64,000 nt of DNA from Candidatus Eiseniibacteriota bacterium (GTDB taxonomy: Bacteria; Eisenbacteria; RBG-16-71-46; CAZAMP01). The translations under genes were made by a program, and so were the position numbers. Below are positions 1 to 11,113 of this stretch, one piece after another. The first letter of the stretch is position 1; the number at the start of each line of letters is the position of its first letter. The stretch spans positions 6,080,001 to 6,144,000 of the forward strand of contig OZ245046.1 in NCBI GenBank assembly GCA_965224245.1, read 5' to 3'. The notes beneath the pieces were generated by a model, which saw only the letters and a list, made by a program, of their open reading frames with translations, made no database searches and was not told the DNA's origin.

Positions 1-461
1 TCGGGCGGATAGCACAGGATCGCCACGATCGAGACGTAGTAGCGTCGGCCCTCGACCGTGGGCACGGGCGCGGTCAGCGTCGCGCAGTAGCGGCCGAGTC
101 CGCCGGGGCCGGACGACACGTCGAAGTCGTGGGTCTCGAGCTCGGCGATCGGGAGCCCCGGGCAGCCGCCACCGTCGGTGTAGAAGCTGATCCGGAACCC
201 CTCGGGTCGCTTCGCCGAGCCCGACCAGAAGACGCCCCACCACTCGACGGCGCCGACGTCGTTGCCGTTGCCGACGAACCAGTCCGCGGACTCGCTGAGA
301 AAGGCCGAGCAGCGATCGTCGATGGACGTGATGCCGAGCGCCTCGACGGGAAGCTGCTCCCACGCGACGGCGCCGCCGCACGCGGTCTCCGCCGGGGCGG
401 GCGCCGGCGAGAGCCACACAGTCAGCGTGATCAGGGCGATCAGCGACGATCGACTACGCAT
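1..461 (-). CDS. Secreted hypothetical protein, runs off window start
   Basis: Manual translation from ATG at 461 after GGAGG: MRSRSSLIALITLTVWLSPAPAPAETACGG... (signal-peptide-like); no stop seen in the part translated by hand. Confidence 0.65.
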   Translation of the reverse strand, partial: MRSRSSLIALITLTVWLSPAPAPAETACGGAVAWEQLPVEALGITSIDDRCSAFLSESADWFVGNGNDVGAVEWWGVFWSGSAKRPEGFRISFYTDGGGCPGLPIAELETHDFDVSSGPGGLGRYCATLTAPVPTVEGRRYYVSIVAILCYPP

Positions 462-491
462 CTACGCCTCCCGGCCGGCGGATGGGGTTCG

Positions 492-1325
492 TCAGGGCGT
501 GGACCGACGACGCGGCGGCGTCGGTCGGAACATCATCACCGTCAGATCGTCGGGTTTGCTCGGGCCGTCGCCCGTCGTGTCGACCATGCGGGCCCGCGAC
601 GCGTCCATGACGCGCGTCAGGGCCGCGGGGATGGGGCCCTTCCGCACGGCCTCCACGATCTCGCTGGCGTAGAGGTTGTCGGTGAGCCCGTCGCTGGATA
701 GTAGCACGGTGTCTCTCGGTGCGAGCCGCATCGACGATCCGATCTCGATGCGCATGTCCGGCGTGCCGACCGCGTTCGAGATGACGTTCCGCTCCGCATG
801 GTGTACGGCGTCCTCCTCGGCGAGCACCCCGGCCTCCACCTGATAGGCCACCGGCGCGTGTGAGACCGTCTGGAGCTTCACGCGTCCCCGCTGGCCCACG
901 ACGAGGACCTCCGAGTCGCCCACGTGGTACGGGCGCAGCTCGTCGCGCACGATCTCGGCCACGGCCAGCGTGGTGCCCGCGCCGATCCCCAGCGCCAGGA
1001 TCTCGGCGTTGGCGGCCTCGATCGCGTTCAGGATCGCGGTGCGGAGCCCGTCTGCCGGATCGTCGACGGCGGCGACGCTGGTGGCGAGCGCATCCACGGC
1101 GATGCGGGCCGCCCGTCCGCCGGCGGCGGATCCGCCGAGACCATCGGCCACCGCCAGGACGAGGGCGTCGTCGGATCGGGCCAGGACGAGCGCGGCGTCC
1201 TCGTTCGGCGTCTTCTTGTCGGGCGAGCGCGCGGTCTGCACACCGACGGTCCCGATCGACACGTCGTGCAGCTCGGGGCTCGACATGTCGTCGGCCGCGT
1301 AGACTCGCGCCACCGGAGCGCTCAT
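492..1325 (-). CDS. PP2C-family Ser/Thr protein phosphatase
   Basis: Motifs NEDA, AVADGLGG, GTT, HVGDS, LLSSDGL, DDLT; start MSAPV chosen because the longer ORF extends into the IS. Confidence 0.9.
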   Translation of the reverse strand: MSAPVARVYAADDMSSPELHDVSIGTVGVQTARSPDKKTPNEDAALVLARSDDALVLAVADGLGGSAAGGRAARIAVDALATSVAAVDDPADGLRTAILNAIEAANAEILALGIGAGTTLAVAEIVRDELRPYHVGDSEVLVVGQRGRVKLQTVSHAPVAYQVEAGVLAEEDAVHHAERNVISNAVGTPDMRIEIGSSMRLAPRDTVLLSSDGLTDNLYASEIVEAVRKGPIPAALTRVMDASRARMVDTTGDGPSKPDDLTVMMFRPTPPRRRSTP

Positions 1326-1489
1326 CGTTCGCGACCGGATGAGAGATCGTGACTCAAGCGACACCTCGGAAGACACGATCATGCGCCGGAGGCGTCGTCT
1401 TGAACGATCGACGCCGTGACCATCCCTGGGCGGAATTCCGAGGAGAGTACGCGAAACCACACACAACGCAAGCGCGGGCGTTCCCACGA

Positions 1490-2632
1490 GTGTACCCGGG
1501 TGCAAACCGCTCGCACCGCGCGCTCGTCTCCACGGGTGTACCCGGGTCTGAACCGCCCCCGGTTTGTCGGAGGGTCGATTCCTCGAGAGGATGGAGTCCA
1601 TGGGACGTTCAATCATGTTCTCCCCCGAGGTCCGCGAGCGGGCGGTTCGGATGGGTCGGGAGCACGAGGGCGAGCACGACTCGCAATGGGCCGCGATCCG
1701 CTCGATCGCGACCAGGATCGGGTGCACGCCGAGACGCTTGCCCAGGCGGAGCCCGACGGTCGAGCAACGTGATGGTGTCGTTCATCGATGAACACCGGGA
1801 CACGTACGGAGTCGAGCCGATCTGTCGGGTGGTGCCGATGCTCCGTCGACCTACCACGAGATCAAGGCCCAGGAGCGCGATCCATCGCGTCGCTCGGCTC
1901 GGCGTCGTCGAGACGAGACGATCTGCACGGAGTTCGGTCGTTCCGCTCGGAACCGCTTCCACGACGTCCACGGCGCGAAGAAGACCTGGAAGGAGCTGCG
2001 TCGCCGGGGCCTCGACGTGGCGCGACGGACGATCGATCGTCAGATGCGCGCCATGGGCCTGCGTGGCGCGGCTCGGGGTCGTGCGTTCAAGACGACGGTG
2101 GGAGCGGATCTGGCCACCCGTCCGGCCGATCTCGTCGACCGCAACTTCTCGGTGGCACGTCCGAACGCGTCTTTGGTGACCGATCTCACGCACGTATCGA
2201 CCTGGAGCGGGTTCGTGTTCGTGGCGTTCGTGATCGACCCGTTCTCGCGTCGCATCCTGGGCTGGGGTCTCGGGGTCGCTGCGTACCGACACGGTCCTCG
2301 ATGCTCTGGAAGAAGCCCACCTCACGCGTGGAGCCGCGCTCACGGGGCCGCTGGTTCATCACAAGCGAGGCGTGCGATACCTCTCGATCCCCTGAACCGA
2401 GCGTCTGGAAGACGCCGGGATCGAGCTCTCGGTCGGGAGCAAAGGCGACAGCTACGACGACGCGCTGGCCGAGACGTCATCGGGCCGTGCAAGGCGGAGC
2501 TGATCCGTACGCGCACGTCAGCGCGCGTGTACCCGGGTGCAAACGGCTCGCGCCGCGCGCACGTCAGCGCGTGTGTACCCGGGTGCAAACGGATCGTGCC
2601 GCGCGCACGTCAGCGCGCGTGTACCCGGGTGC
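1490..2632. repeat. 46-bp-period repeat array (core GTGTACCCGGGTGCAAAC) split by an IS3 remnant
   Basis: Core copies start at 1490, 1536, 2527, 2573 and 2619, with 46-bp spacing on each side of the IS. Confidence 0.8.
1549..2510 (+). mobile_element. Degenerate IS3-family element (IS51/IS6110-like), frameshifted and 3'-truncated
   Basis: Left end TGAACCGCCCC; orfA FSPEVRERAVRM; orfB pieces YGVEPICRV, DLVDRNF, TDLTHVSTWSGFVFVAFVIDPFSRRILGW, KAELI lie in different frames. Confidence 0.85.
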
Positions 2633-4004
2633 CGTCGGCGACGTCGCTCGGCGGGGTCACGATCAACGTCTCGCCGGCGTCGACGCCGCTCTCGATCTCC
2701 ACCACGCGGCCTCCGCGCACGCCCACGACCACGTCGCGGCGCCGGGCCCGACCATCCTCGACGACGAACAACGCCTCACGGCCGTCGCCCACGTCGAAGA
2801 GAGCGCTCGAAGGGGCGGTGACGACGTCCCGCCGCTCGGCCGTCACCGCGCGAACCTCGACCCGGAACGCATCGCCCAGGGCCGCCCAATCTGTGCGTGG
2901 CGACGTGATGTCGAGCCGGACGTTCACGCGCTGCTCCTCGACCCCGAGGGCCGACGTCTTCGTGAACCCCGACGGCTCGACCACGCGGATCACCGCGTCG
3001 AGGGGGGTCGCGCCGCCCCATCGCTCCACGATCGCGCGCATGCCGGGACGCAGGCGTACCGCGTCGCGCGAGAGGAAGTCGGCCACGATCTCGAGCGAGC
3101 GTGGATCACCGATCTCGACCAGCGCCTGCCCGCGCTCGGCGATCCCGGCGTCCTCGCGCAGCACGCGGAGGATGCGACCCGACACCGGGGCCCGGATCAC
3201 GACCTCGGCCGCGGCGACGCCGCCGTCCGGGGAGGCACCGCCGTCCGGGGAGACACCGCCGTCCGGGGAGACGTCGCCGTCCGGGGAGGCACCGCGGTCC
3301 GGAGAGGCGCCGCCGTCCGGGGACACACCACCGTGTGGGGACACACCGCCGTGCGGGGACACACCGCCGTGCGGGGACACACCGCCGTGGGAGGGCACGG
3401 TGCCATCCGCCGTCGCCCCGATCGCGCCGACCTCGAGCGCGGCGGATGCCTCCAGCGTGGCCCGCGCCGCGTCGACCTGGAACGCGGCCACCTGGCGGGC
3501 GAACTCCGCGGACGCGTGCGTCGCCTCGGCCGTCTCGCGGCGCGTGCGGACCTGGTCGACCTCTTCCTCGGAGACCCCGTCGCTGGCCCGGAGCGCCAGC
3601 ACGCGCTCCAGCGACGAACTGGCGAGCGCGAGTTCCGAGCGCGTCCGCGTCACGTTGGCCTCGGCCTCACGCAGCGCCGCTTCGGCCGCGCGCAGCGTGG
3701 CCTCGGCCTGGGCCCTCGCGCGGACGTCGAGGAGCGGGGAGGCGGGCGAGGTCAGCGTGGTGATCGGATCCCCGGCCTCGACCGCGTCGCCGGGGTCGAG
3801 CGTGACGCGGGTGATCATCCCCGAGATGGGCACCGTCAGCGTGAACCGGTCGATCACCCGCGTGCGGCCCTCGGTCACGATCGTCTCCAGCACGTCTCCG
3901 CGCTCGGCGGTCACGAGCTCGCAGCCCACCGGCTTCGGCAGGAACCCGTAGACGATCGCGGCGAGGACGATCAGCCCCACCACGATCACGGTCACGCGTC
4001 GCAT
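2610..4004 (-). CDS. Efflux periplasmic adaptor subunit (HlyD/MFP family)
   Basis: N-terminal TM helix, lipoyl-like halves (PISGMI, IRAPVSGRIL), coiled coil, FTKTSALGVEEQRV; last gene of ABC operon. Confidence 0.9.
   Translation of the reverse strand: MRRVTVIVVGLIVLAAIVYGFLPKPVGCELVTAERGDVLETIVTEGRTRVIDRFTLTVPISGMITRVTLDPGDAVEAGDPITTLTSPASPLLDVRARAQAEATLRAAEAALREAEANVTRTRSELALASSSLERVLALRASDGVSEEEVDQVRTRRETAEATHASAEFARQVAAFQVDAARATLEASAALEVGAIGATADGTVPSHGGVSPHGGVSPHGGVSPHGGVSPDGGASPDRGASPDGDVSPDGGVSPDGGASPDGGVAAAEVVIRAPVSGRILRVLREDAGIAERGQALVEIGDPRSLEIVADFLSRDAVRLRPGMRAIVERWGGATPLDAVIRVVEPSGFTKTSALGVEEQRVNVRLDITSPRTDWAALGDAFRVEVRAVTAERRDVVTAPSSALFDVGDGREALFVVEDGRARRRDVVVGVRGGRVVEIESGVDAGETLIVTPPSDVADGTRVHAR
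3220..3392. repeat. In-frame 18-bp tandem repeat (~9 units, GG[VA]SP[DH])
   Basis: ccgccgtccggggagrca-type units inside the adaptor gene. Confidence 0.85.
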
Positions 4005-4046
4005 CGAGAAGACCTCCTCACCCGAGCTCCGGCGCTCCCGCCGCCG

Positions 4047-6407
4047 TCATGCGCGCGTCTTCAGGACGCGCACGAGATCCAGGTGGTCGAGCCGGCGTCG
4101 CACGATGAAGGCCGAGATCAGCGCGGCGATCACGATCACGGCGGCGCCGAACGAGTACGAGACGCTGGAGACGATCGCGGGAAAGCGCATCGTCTCGGAG
4201 TTCATCTGAGTCATCGAGCCGACGGCCATCGCATGGCCCAGCACACTGCCCAGGGGGAGGGCCAGAAGCGTCAGCACCGCCGCCTCCCCGAGGAGGATCC
4301 ACGAGACCTCGGCCCGGGTGAGCCCGAGCACCCGGAGGCTGGCCAGCTCGTGGGCGCGCTCGGACAGCGAGATCCGGACCGCGTTGTACACGACCCCGAA
4401 CGCGATGATGCACGAGAGACCGACGCTGAACGAGAGCGACATCAGGAGATTCTGCGCCAGGAGCTCCTTGAAGTTCTCCATGACGATCGTCTTGACTCCG
4501 ACCCCCGCGATCACCGGGCGTGCCTCGAGGTCCCGGAGGAGGTCCCCACCGACGGGACCGGTCGCCAGGTACGCCCCCGAGACCACCGACCCCTCGCGCA
4601 TGACGGCGTTCAGCGCATCCAGATCCATGTAGGCCGAGAGCCCGACGAAGTCGTCGAGAAGCGCCGCCACCTCGACCTCGCGGACCGGTCGCGACCCCTC
4701 GAGCACCTCCAGGGTCAACGTCTCACCGACGCCGACGTGAAGGGCCTCGGCCAGCACCCTCGACATGGCCACGCCGTCCCGGGGCACCGGCACGCGGCGC
4801 AGGCGCGCGTCCAGGATCGGGCGGAGGCGTGCATCTCCCTCGATCCCGGTGATGCCGGCCAGACGCGACCGGTGCTCGCGCCGGAGCCGCACCGGCACCG
4901 TGCGGTAGGGCTCGGCGAACGTGACGCCGTCGAGCCCCTCCAGCTCGTGGAGGGCGGCCCGCGAACGCGGCTGTTGAAACGTCACCGCCACGTCCTCGAG
5001 CTGCATCGAGTTCTCCTGCGCGTCCATGACGAAGTAGATGATGTCGACGAACGAGTAGCCGAGCACCATGATCGCGGTGGCCATCGCGATGCCGAGCACG
5101 GTGAGCGCCGAGCGACGTGGGCGGCGCTCGAGCTGGCGGACGATCATCCGGCCCGCGGGGCTCAGAAGGTGCCCCAGGCCGAAGCGCTCGACGAGCGTCG
5201 CGCGATACGTGGGCGGCGCCGGAGGCTGCATCGCCTCGGCCGGGGGCAGCGCCACGCCGCGGCGCACCGACCCCATGGCCCCGCCGAGCGCCGCGAGCAC
5301 GCTGACCCCGCACGCGACCAGCGGCGTCGCCGCACCCATCCGAAACTGGACGTTCGGAAACGAGAAGTACTCGGTGTAGAGAGCCGTCATCTCGTATCCG
5401 AGGTACAGACCCGCGGCCACCCCGACGACTGCGCCGGTGAGCACGATCGCGAGCACCACGGTCGTGTAGTGGAGCGCGATCGCGCGCGTGGAGTATCCGA
5501 ACGCCTTCAGCGCGGCGATCTGCTCGCGCTGTGTGGTGATGAGCCGCGTCATGACGATGTTCACCAGGAACGCGGCGACGATCATGAACACGATCGGGAG
5601 CAGCCGCCCGGTGTTCGCGAGCTGCTCGATCTCGTTGGCCACGAACCAGTGGGAGAGCTGCTCGGCGCGGGGGACGGCGCCGAGGCCGCCGTAGGGGGCC
5701 AGGATCTCGTCCACCCGGGCGATCACGCCGTCCGGCGCGACGCCGGGCACGAGGCCGATCGCGACGTCGTCGAACGCCCCTTTCATGTCGGTCGCCGCGG
5801 CGAGGCCGTCCTCACCGGTCCAGAGCACGCCGTAGCGCCGGTCGTCGGGCAAGAACTCGCCGGGGGGGATCGTGTACACGAACTCCGGCGACAGCGCGAC
5901 GCCGACCACGTGGAACTCGCGGCGACGGCCGTTGACGATGGCCACGATCGCGTCGCCGGGCGCGTACCCGTTGGCGGCCGCGAAGTTCTCGCTGACCAGC
6001 ACCTCGTCCTCGGCGTGCGGCCGGATGTAGCGGCCCTCGCGGATCAGCACGTCGTTGAGTGACGGGTGCCCGGACTCGGGAACGCCCACCATGTGGCCGG
6101 TGGCTGGCACGTCCAGGGTCGGCACGTCCAGCGTCACGTCCACGACGACACGGGTCTCGACGCGGGCGACGCCCTCGACGGCGTCGAGCCGGTCGCGCAC
6201 GGAGTCCGGCGCGCGCACACAGGAGGCGAAGACGTCGGCGAACCGGAAGTCCGAGTAGTACGTCATCTGGGTCACGCGGAGCGACTCGAGGGTCGTGAAC
6301 ATCGACACGTACATCGTGATCCCGGCCGCGACCACCAGCGCGATCGCGATCGCCTGGCCGCGAAGGCGCCAGAGGTCGCGGACCGCCTTGCGGTGGATCG
6401 CTCTCAT
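4047..6407 (-). CDS. ABC transporter permease (FtsX/MacB-like, duplicated)
   Basis: Two MacB-periplasmic + FtsX halves; [12 protein letters not shown] and ELASLRVLG motifs. Confidence 0.9.
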   Translation of the reverse strand: MRAIHRKAVRDLWRLRGQAIAIALVVAAGITMYVSMFTTLESLRVTQMTYYSDFRFADVFASCVRAPDSVRDRLDAVEGVARVETRVVVDVTLDVPTLDVPATGHMVGVPESGHPSLNDVLIREGRYIRPHAEDEVLVSENFAAANGYAPGDAIVAIVNGRRREFHVVGVALSPEFVYTIPPGEFLPDDRRYGVLWTGEDGLAAATDMKGAFDDVAIGLVPGVAPDGVIARVDEILAPYGGLGAVPRAEQLSHWFVANEIEQLANTGRLLPIVFMIVAAFLVNIVMTRLITTQREQIAALKAFGYSTRAIALHYTTVVLAIVLTGAVVGVAAGLYLGYEMTALYTEYFSFPNVQFRMGAATPLVACGVSVLAALGGAMGSVRRGVALPPAEAMQPPAPPTYRATLVERFGLGHLLSPAGRMIVRQLERRPRRSALTVLGIAMATAIMVLGYSFVDIIYFVMDAQENSMQLEDVAVTFQQPRSRAALHELEGLDGVTFAEPYRTVPVRLRREHRSRLAGITGIEGDARLRPILDARLRRVPVPRDGVAMSRVLAEALHVGVGETLTLEVLEGSRPVREVEVAALLDDFVGLSAYMDLDALNAVMREGSVVSGAYLATGPVGGDLLRDLEARPVIAGVGVKTIVMENFKELLAQNLLMSLSFSVGLSCIIAFGVVYNAVRISLSERAHELASLRVLGLTRAEVSWILLGEAAVLTLLALPLGSVLGHAMAVGSMTQMNSETMRFPAIVSSVSYSFGAAVIVIAALISAFIVRRRLDHLDLVRVLKTRA

Positions 6408-6480
6408 CGTCGCACGCCCCCGCTCGCGTCCGCTGCGATCGCCGCCGTGCGGGTCACGCGGTGTGTCACCTCGTCGAGCC

Positions 6481-7206
6481 TCACCACACCAGCTCCTCCG
6501 GGGTGAGTCGGGTCGCGTTCCGCTCCACGCCCACGATCTGTCCGTCCGCGAGCCGGATCACGCGATCGGCCAGCGCGGCGATCGCGGCGTTGTGCGTGAT
6601 GACGGCCGTCGTGGTTCCACGCTCCCGGTTAGCCCGCGCGATGGCCTCGAGCACGGTGATGCCGGTGGTGATGTCGAGCGCGCCGGTCGGCTCGTCGCAC
6701 AGGAGCACGTCCGGGTTCTTGGCGATGGCCCGCGCGATTGCCACGCGCTGCTGCTCGCCACCGGAGAGCTGCGACGGGAAGTGATCGGCCCGCTCGGTGA
6801 GCCCGACCAGGGCGAGGGCGTCGGCCGGCCGCATCGGGTCCCCGGCGATCTCGGTCACCAGCGCGACGTTCTCGCGGGCGGTGAGGCTCGGGATGAGGTT
6901 GTAGAACTGGAAGACGAAGCCGACGTGATGGCGCCGGTACGCGGTGAGGTCGGCCTCCGTCGACTCGGTGAGCACGTGGTCCCGGTAGGCCACCGAGCCC
7001 GACGTGGGAACGTCGAGGCCGCCCAGGATGTTCAGGAGCGTCGACTTCCCGCTTCCGGAGGGGCCGAGGAGGACGACGAGCTCGCCCTCGAAGAGCTCGA
7101 GGTCGACGCCGCGCAGCGCATGTACCCGGACCTCGCCCGTGACGTACGTCTTGGTGACGCGCGTGGCGCGGAACACGGTGGCGAGTGGGGGCGCCGTCTG
7201 GGGCAT
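6481..7206 (-). CDS. ABC transporter ATP-binding protein (LolD/MacB-like)
   Basis: [32 protein letters not shown]. Confidence 0.95.
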   Translation of the reverse strand: MPQTAPPLATVFRATRVTKTYVTGEVRVHALRGVDLELFEGELVVLLGPSGSGKSTLLNILGGLDVPTSGSVAYRDHVLTESTEADLTAYRRHHVGFVFQFYNLIPSLTARENVALVTEIAGDPMRPADALALVGLTERADHFPSQLSGGEQQRVAIARAIAKNPDVLLCDEPTGALDITTGITVLEAIARANRERGTTTAVITHNAAIAALADRVIRLADGQIVGVERNATRLTPEELVW

Positions 7207-7526
7207 CGCTCACGTTCCATTCCCGAGCACGGCCGTCGCTCCTCGACGCGTCGTTCGTCGACGCGTCGTCGCTCGACGAACGAGCTTAGCACCCGGGACG
7301 GCATCCCACAGCCTCGACCGGCGGTCGACGTCCGGAACGCGGCCGGCCCACGCTCCGGAGGGACCACGGGCACTCGCCGTGCCCCGTGCACGCGGAGGCC
7401 ACTCCGGCATTGTATGATTGCGGGGTGTCCAGCCGGGCCGCCCCGCCGCGCCGAGCCATTCAGGGGCCGTGATCGGCGGCGCCGGGCGACGCGGGGAACC
7501 CGGTCGATCTCTCGGAGGAGAGCGGG

Positions 7527-8441
7527 ATGGAGAGACACTCGGAGAACCGTCCGCGGAGAGTGAGCGTCGTGCTCGCGACGACTCTGTTGCTCCGGGCGTC
7601 GGGCATGGTCGCGGCACCGATCGATACGCCGGTCACCACCACGTTCGACGAGTCGCTCGAGGGCTGGTCGATTCCCCCGGAGCAGCTCGTGGATCTCATC
7701 TACATGGGCGCTGGCGGTAATCCGGGCGGTTTTGCGCTCTTCGGCGAGACGAACCCGACAGCGACCGAGATCGAGGCACCACCGGTGTACCTCGGGGACT
7801 GGTCCGAGCTCGACGGTGTCGGACGCCTGCAGTTCGACCACAAGATCCTCGAGCTGGGGGAGCTGCCGGACGGCCCCCCGTATCTCCCCTACGAAGCGGT
7901 CATCACCGGTGGCGCGAATCGAGCGCGGTTCGTGTCCGCGGAGACCGCCGTCGAGGAGTGGAACACGGTCACCGTGCCCATCGAGGAAACCGAGTGGTCG
8001 ATCGAGAAGGGTACGTGGAGCGAGCTCCTGACGAACGTGGAGAGTCTTCGGATCCGGATCGAGCTCGTCGCAAACCCGGGTAGCACGGTGGATGATCAGG
8101 ACGGCATCGACAACGTGTCACTGATGGGGGCGATGGCCGGCTTGGCCACCGGAACACCGGATGTCTCGGTCTCGATGCTCGTGGAGCCGAATCCGTTCCG
8201 GGCTCGAACGGCGGTCGTGATCTCCGGTACCGCGACCGCCCCCGTGCGAGTCGCCCTGTACGACACGGCGGGACGCCGCGTTTCCCTCCTGTTCGACGGT
8301 GTCCTCGACGCCGGCGCGATCCAGCGCATCGTCTGGGATGGGCGCGACGCGTGGCACCGCGTCATGGCGCCGGGCGTCTACCTCGTGCGCATCGTGGGGC
8401 GCGACATCGATCGTACGCAGAAGATCGTCCGAATCGAGTGA
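7527..8441 (+). CDS. Secreted protein, laminin-B-like domain + FlgD/T9SS-like CTD
   Basis: APPVYLGDWS...LTNVESLRIR; C-term PNPF...YDTAGRRV...WDGRD...GVYLVR; start uncertain (7527 or 7560). Confidence 0.7.
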   Translation: MERHSENRPRRVSVVLATTLLLRASGMVAAPIDTPVTTTFDESLEGWSIPPEQLVDLIYMGAGGNPGGFALFGETNPTATEIEAPPVYLGDWSELDGVGRLQFDHKILELGELPDGPPYLPYEAVITGGANRARFVSAETAVEEWNTVTVPIEETEWSIEKGTWSELLTNVESLRIRIELVANPGSTVDDQDGIDNVSLMGAMAGLATGTPDVSVSMLVEPNPFRARTAVVISGTATAPVRVALYDTAGRRVSLLFDGVLDAGAIQRIVWDGRDAWHRVMAPGVYLVRIVGRDIDRTQKIVRIE

Positions 8442-8458
8442 CGCAAGGGGTAGAGTTG

Positions 8459-10345
8459 ATGAACGAGCGCCACGACATCGGAGCCGGTCGGCTCCTGGAC
8501 CTTCCCTGGAACTCGACCTGGCACCCTCGCCCGGCGCCGTGCGTGAGCCTGACGCGGGCCCTCGCGATCGGGCCCGTTCTCGGCGCGCTGGCCGCATTCG
8601 CCGCGCCGCCGGGCATCGCCTACGCGGTCGGGCTCCCGATCCAGATCGACGGCGACTACGACGACTGGGACGCCTCGGCCGTCGTCGCCACCGATCCCTC
8701 CGGCGACGACGGTTCGTCCGGGATCGACTTCACGGTGCTCCAGATGGCCGACGACGGCGAGCGGGTGTTCATCCGCTTCGACACCACCGCCGAGGTGCAG
8801 GGCGACGAGGGGCAGTCCCTCGTGGTCGCGTTCGACACCGATCGCAACGCCGGCACCGGGCAATGGGTCCACGGAGTGGGAGCCGAGCTCATCTGGCAGC
8901 TCGGGGCCCGGACCGGCAACCGGTATCCCGGCGGCGCCGGCGTCGGGCACGCCGAGATCGGACTCGTGCTCGCTCCCACGGTCAGCGACGTGGCCATGGA
9001 GCTGGCCCTCGATCGGGACGCATCGCCGGGCGGCTCGCCGCTCTTCGGAGGGCCGGACGTGGACGTCGTGGTGTGGGACGATGCCCCGGGCGGCGACGTG
9101 ATCGGCGTAGCCACGTACACGTTCGTCGACGACACGTTTCCGGTGACGCCGATCCCGCTCGGTCGGGACGATCCCGATCACGTCCGCATCGCCGCGTACA
9201 ACGTCGAGAACGACGGCCTGTTCGACGGGGGATCCACCGAGGCCGCGTTCGATCGCCTGCTGAGCGCCGCGGACGCGGACGTGTTCGTGTTCTGCGAGCT
9301 CTGGAGCTACGACGCCGCCGACGTGGTGGACCGGATGGAGGAGTTTCTCCCGCCGTCCGGGGGCGAGAGCTGGTACGCCGTCAAGCGCGACGCCGGCAAC
9401 GTGGTGGCCTCGCGGTTTCCGATCCTCGACTCCTGGGAGATCCTGCCCGGGAGCCGCCTGACCGGCGTGCTCGTGGACCTCCGGCCCGACACCGACTCCG
9501 ACCTCCTCGTCGTCGCGAACCACTGGAGCTGCTGCACGGCCGACGGCAACCGCCAGATGCAGGCCGACGCGCTGATCGCGTTCCTGCGCGACGCGCGCAC
9601 GCCCGGCGGTGCGATCACGCTCGTCGAGAACACGCCGATCGTGGCCGCCGGCGACTTCAACCTCGTGGGCCTTCGCCGGCAGCTCGAGACGCTCATCACC
9701 GGGGACATCGCCGACAACGGCACGTTCGGTCCCGATTCGCCGCCGGACTGGGACGGGGGCGACTTCGCGATGACGCTGGCCCGTCATCCGGACGCGCGCC
9801 TCGTCTACACCTGGCGCCGCGACTCGAGCTCGTTCTACCCCGGCAAGCTCGACTACGTGTTCTTCACGTCGAGCGTGGCCACGCTTCACAAGGCGGTCGT
9901 GTTCGAGACGCGCACGATGTCGCCGGCGACGCTGGCCGCGAACGGCCTCGGCGCCGACGACACGGAGATCGCGAGCGATCACGCCGCGATCGTGGCCGAC
10001 TTCACGTTCGGCGCGCTCCTGGGCGCCGCCGACCCGACGGGAGGCGCCGCCCACGCACCGTGGGGGCACCTGGCGCCGGTCAGAAACCCGGTTCACCTCG
10101 GCGGGTCCATCACGTCCGGACTCACGTTGACCGGGGCCGCGACCGTCGACGTGGCCGTGTTCGACACCGTCGGTCGCCGCGTGGCCTCGCTCCTCCAGGG
10201 CCGCCTGCCACCGGGGACGCACGCACTGGTCTGGGACGGACGGGACCACGCGGGGCATCCGGTGACGCCGGGGCTCTACTACCTCCGCGCATCGCGCGAG
10301 GACACGCCGGCGCCGATCGCGACCAAGGTGGTCGTGCTCCGGTGA
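8459..10345 (+). CDS. Secreted endonuclease/exonuclease/phosphatase (EEP) family protein + FlgD CTD
   Basis: AAYNV, CE, AGDFN, KLDYVF, SDH motifs; WDGRD...GLYY tail. Confidence 0.85.
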   Translation: MNERHDIGAGRLLDLPWNSTWHPRPAPCVSLTRALAIGPVLGALAAFAAPPGIAYAVGLPIQIDGDYDDWDASAVVATDPSGDDGSSGIDFTVLQMADDGERVFIRFDTTAEVQGDEGQSLVVAFDTDRNAGTGQWVHGVGAELIWQLGARTGNRYPGGAGVGHAEIGLVLAPTVSDVAMELALDRDASPGGSPLFGGPDVDVVVWDDAPGGDVIGVATYTFVDDTFPVTPIPLGRDDPDHVRIAAYNVENDGLFDGGSTEAAFDRLLSAADADVFVFCELWSYDAADVVDRMEEFLPPSGGESWYAVKRDAGNVVASRFPILDSWEILPGSRLTGVLVDLRPDTDSDLLVVANHWSCCTADGNRQMQADALIAFLRDARTPGGAITLVENTPIVAAGDFNLVGLRRQLETLITGDIADNGTFGPDSPPDWDGGDFAMTLARHPDARLVYTWRRDSSSFYPGKLDYVFFTSSVATLHKAVVFETRTMSPATLAANGLGADDTEIASDHAAIVADFTFGALLGAADPTGGAAHAPWGHLAPVRNPVHLGGSITSGLTLTGAATVDVAVFDTVGRRVASLLQGRLPPGTHALVWDGRDHAGHPVTPGLYYLRASREDTPAPIATKVVVLR

Positions 10346-10358
10346 TGTCGCCCGGCCG

Positions 10359-10387
10359 TTGACCCTCCTGGCGCGCCCGCGTACCGT
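10359..10387 (+). promoter_or_regulatory. Putative sigma70 promoter
   Basis: TTGACC-N17-TACCGT upstream of the 10412 gene. Confidence 0.4.
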
Positions 10388-10411
10388 TCGGGGCCGGTCC
10401 CGAACCCGGCG

Positions 10412-11113
10412 GTGCGCGTGCCCGGTCCCAAGCTCGAGATCCTCGGATACGAGACGACGCCGATCGGCACGCTGTGCCTTCGCCGCCGGCGTTTTCTCCG
10501 CCAGCCCGACACCGTAGTCACCGAGATCACGCTCGATCACGAGCTCCTGATGTCGAGCCTCCACACCGCGTCCGAGCGTGCGCTCGCGAACGCGGCGCTC
10601 GAGCGTCACGGCGGGCACGATCTCGATGTGATGATCGGGGGGCTCGGGCTCGGGTACACGACCCACGAGGCGCTGGCGTCGGACCGGGTGGCCCGCGTCG
10701 AGGTGATCGAGCTCCTGGAGCCGGTGGTCGACTGGCTCCGCGAGGGGCTGATGCCGCTCTCGGCGGCGCTGACGGCCGACGCGCGCCTCACGATCACCCG
10801 GGGCGACGCATACGCGCGGCTGGCCGGCGAGCCCGACCGTGCCGTGGATCTGATCCTCGTCGACGTCGATCACTCCCCGGACGAGCCCCTGTCCGACGCG
10901 AGCGCCGCGTTCTACACCACCGAGGGCCTCGAGCGCGCGCGGCGGCACCTGTCGCCGGGCGGCGTCCTCGCGACCTGGTCGTACGCCCCGAGCGATGCCT
11001 TTACCGCTCGCCTGGGAGAGGTGTTCTCGAGCGTACACGTGGAGACGGTCACGTTCGAGAACGTGCACGTGGGCGAGACGTGCACCGACTGGCTCTTCCT
11101 CGCCACGCGATGA
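10412..11113 (+). CDS. Spermidine-synthase-like SAM-dependent methyltransferase-fold protein
   Basis: LMSS...SERALA, IGGLGLGYT, DLILVDVDHSP, PGGVLATWS. Confidence 0.85.
   Translation: MRVPGPKLEILGYETTPIGTLCLRRRRFLRQPDTVVTEITLDHELLMSSLHTASERALANAALERHGGHDLDVMIGGLGLGYTTHEALASDRVARVEVIELLEPVVDWLREGLMPLSAALTADARLTITRGDAYARLAGEPDRAVDLILVDVDHSPDEPLSDASAAFYTTEGLERARRHLSPGGVLATWSYAPSDAFTARLGEVFSSVHVETVTFENVHVGETCTDWLFLATR

Noticed and set aside
2511-2632. 46-bp repeats as CRISPR
   Set aside because: Units are tandem and near-identical throughout, with no unique spacers
1788-6062. 1424-aa plus-strand ORF
   Set aside because: Antisense shadow of the ABC exporter operon; Arg/Gly-rich with no motifs, typical of high-GC DNA
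7716-7736. Partial similarity to the reverse complement of the putative CRISPR spacer
   Set aside because: Short, gapped and mismatched; expected by chance at this GC content
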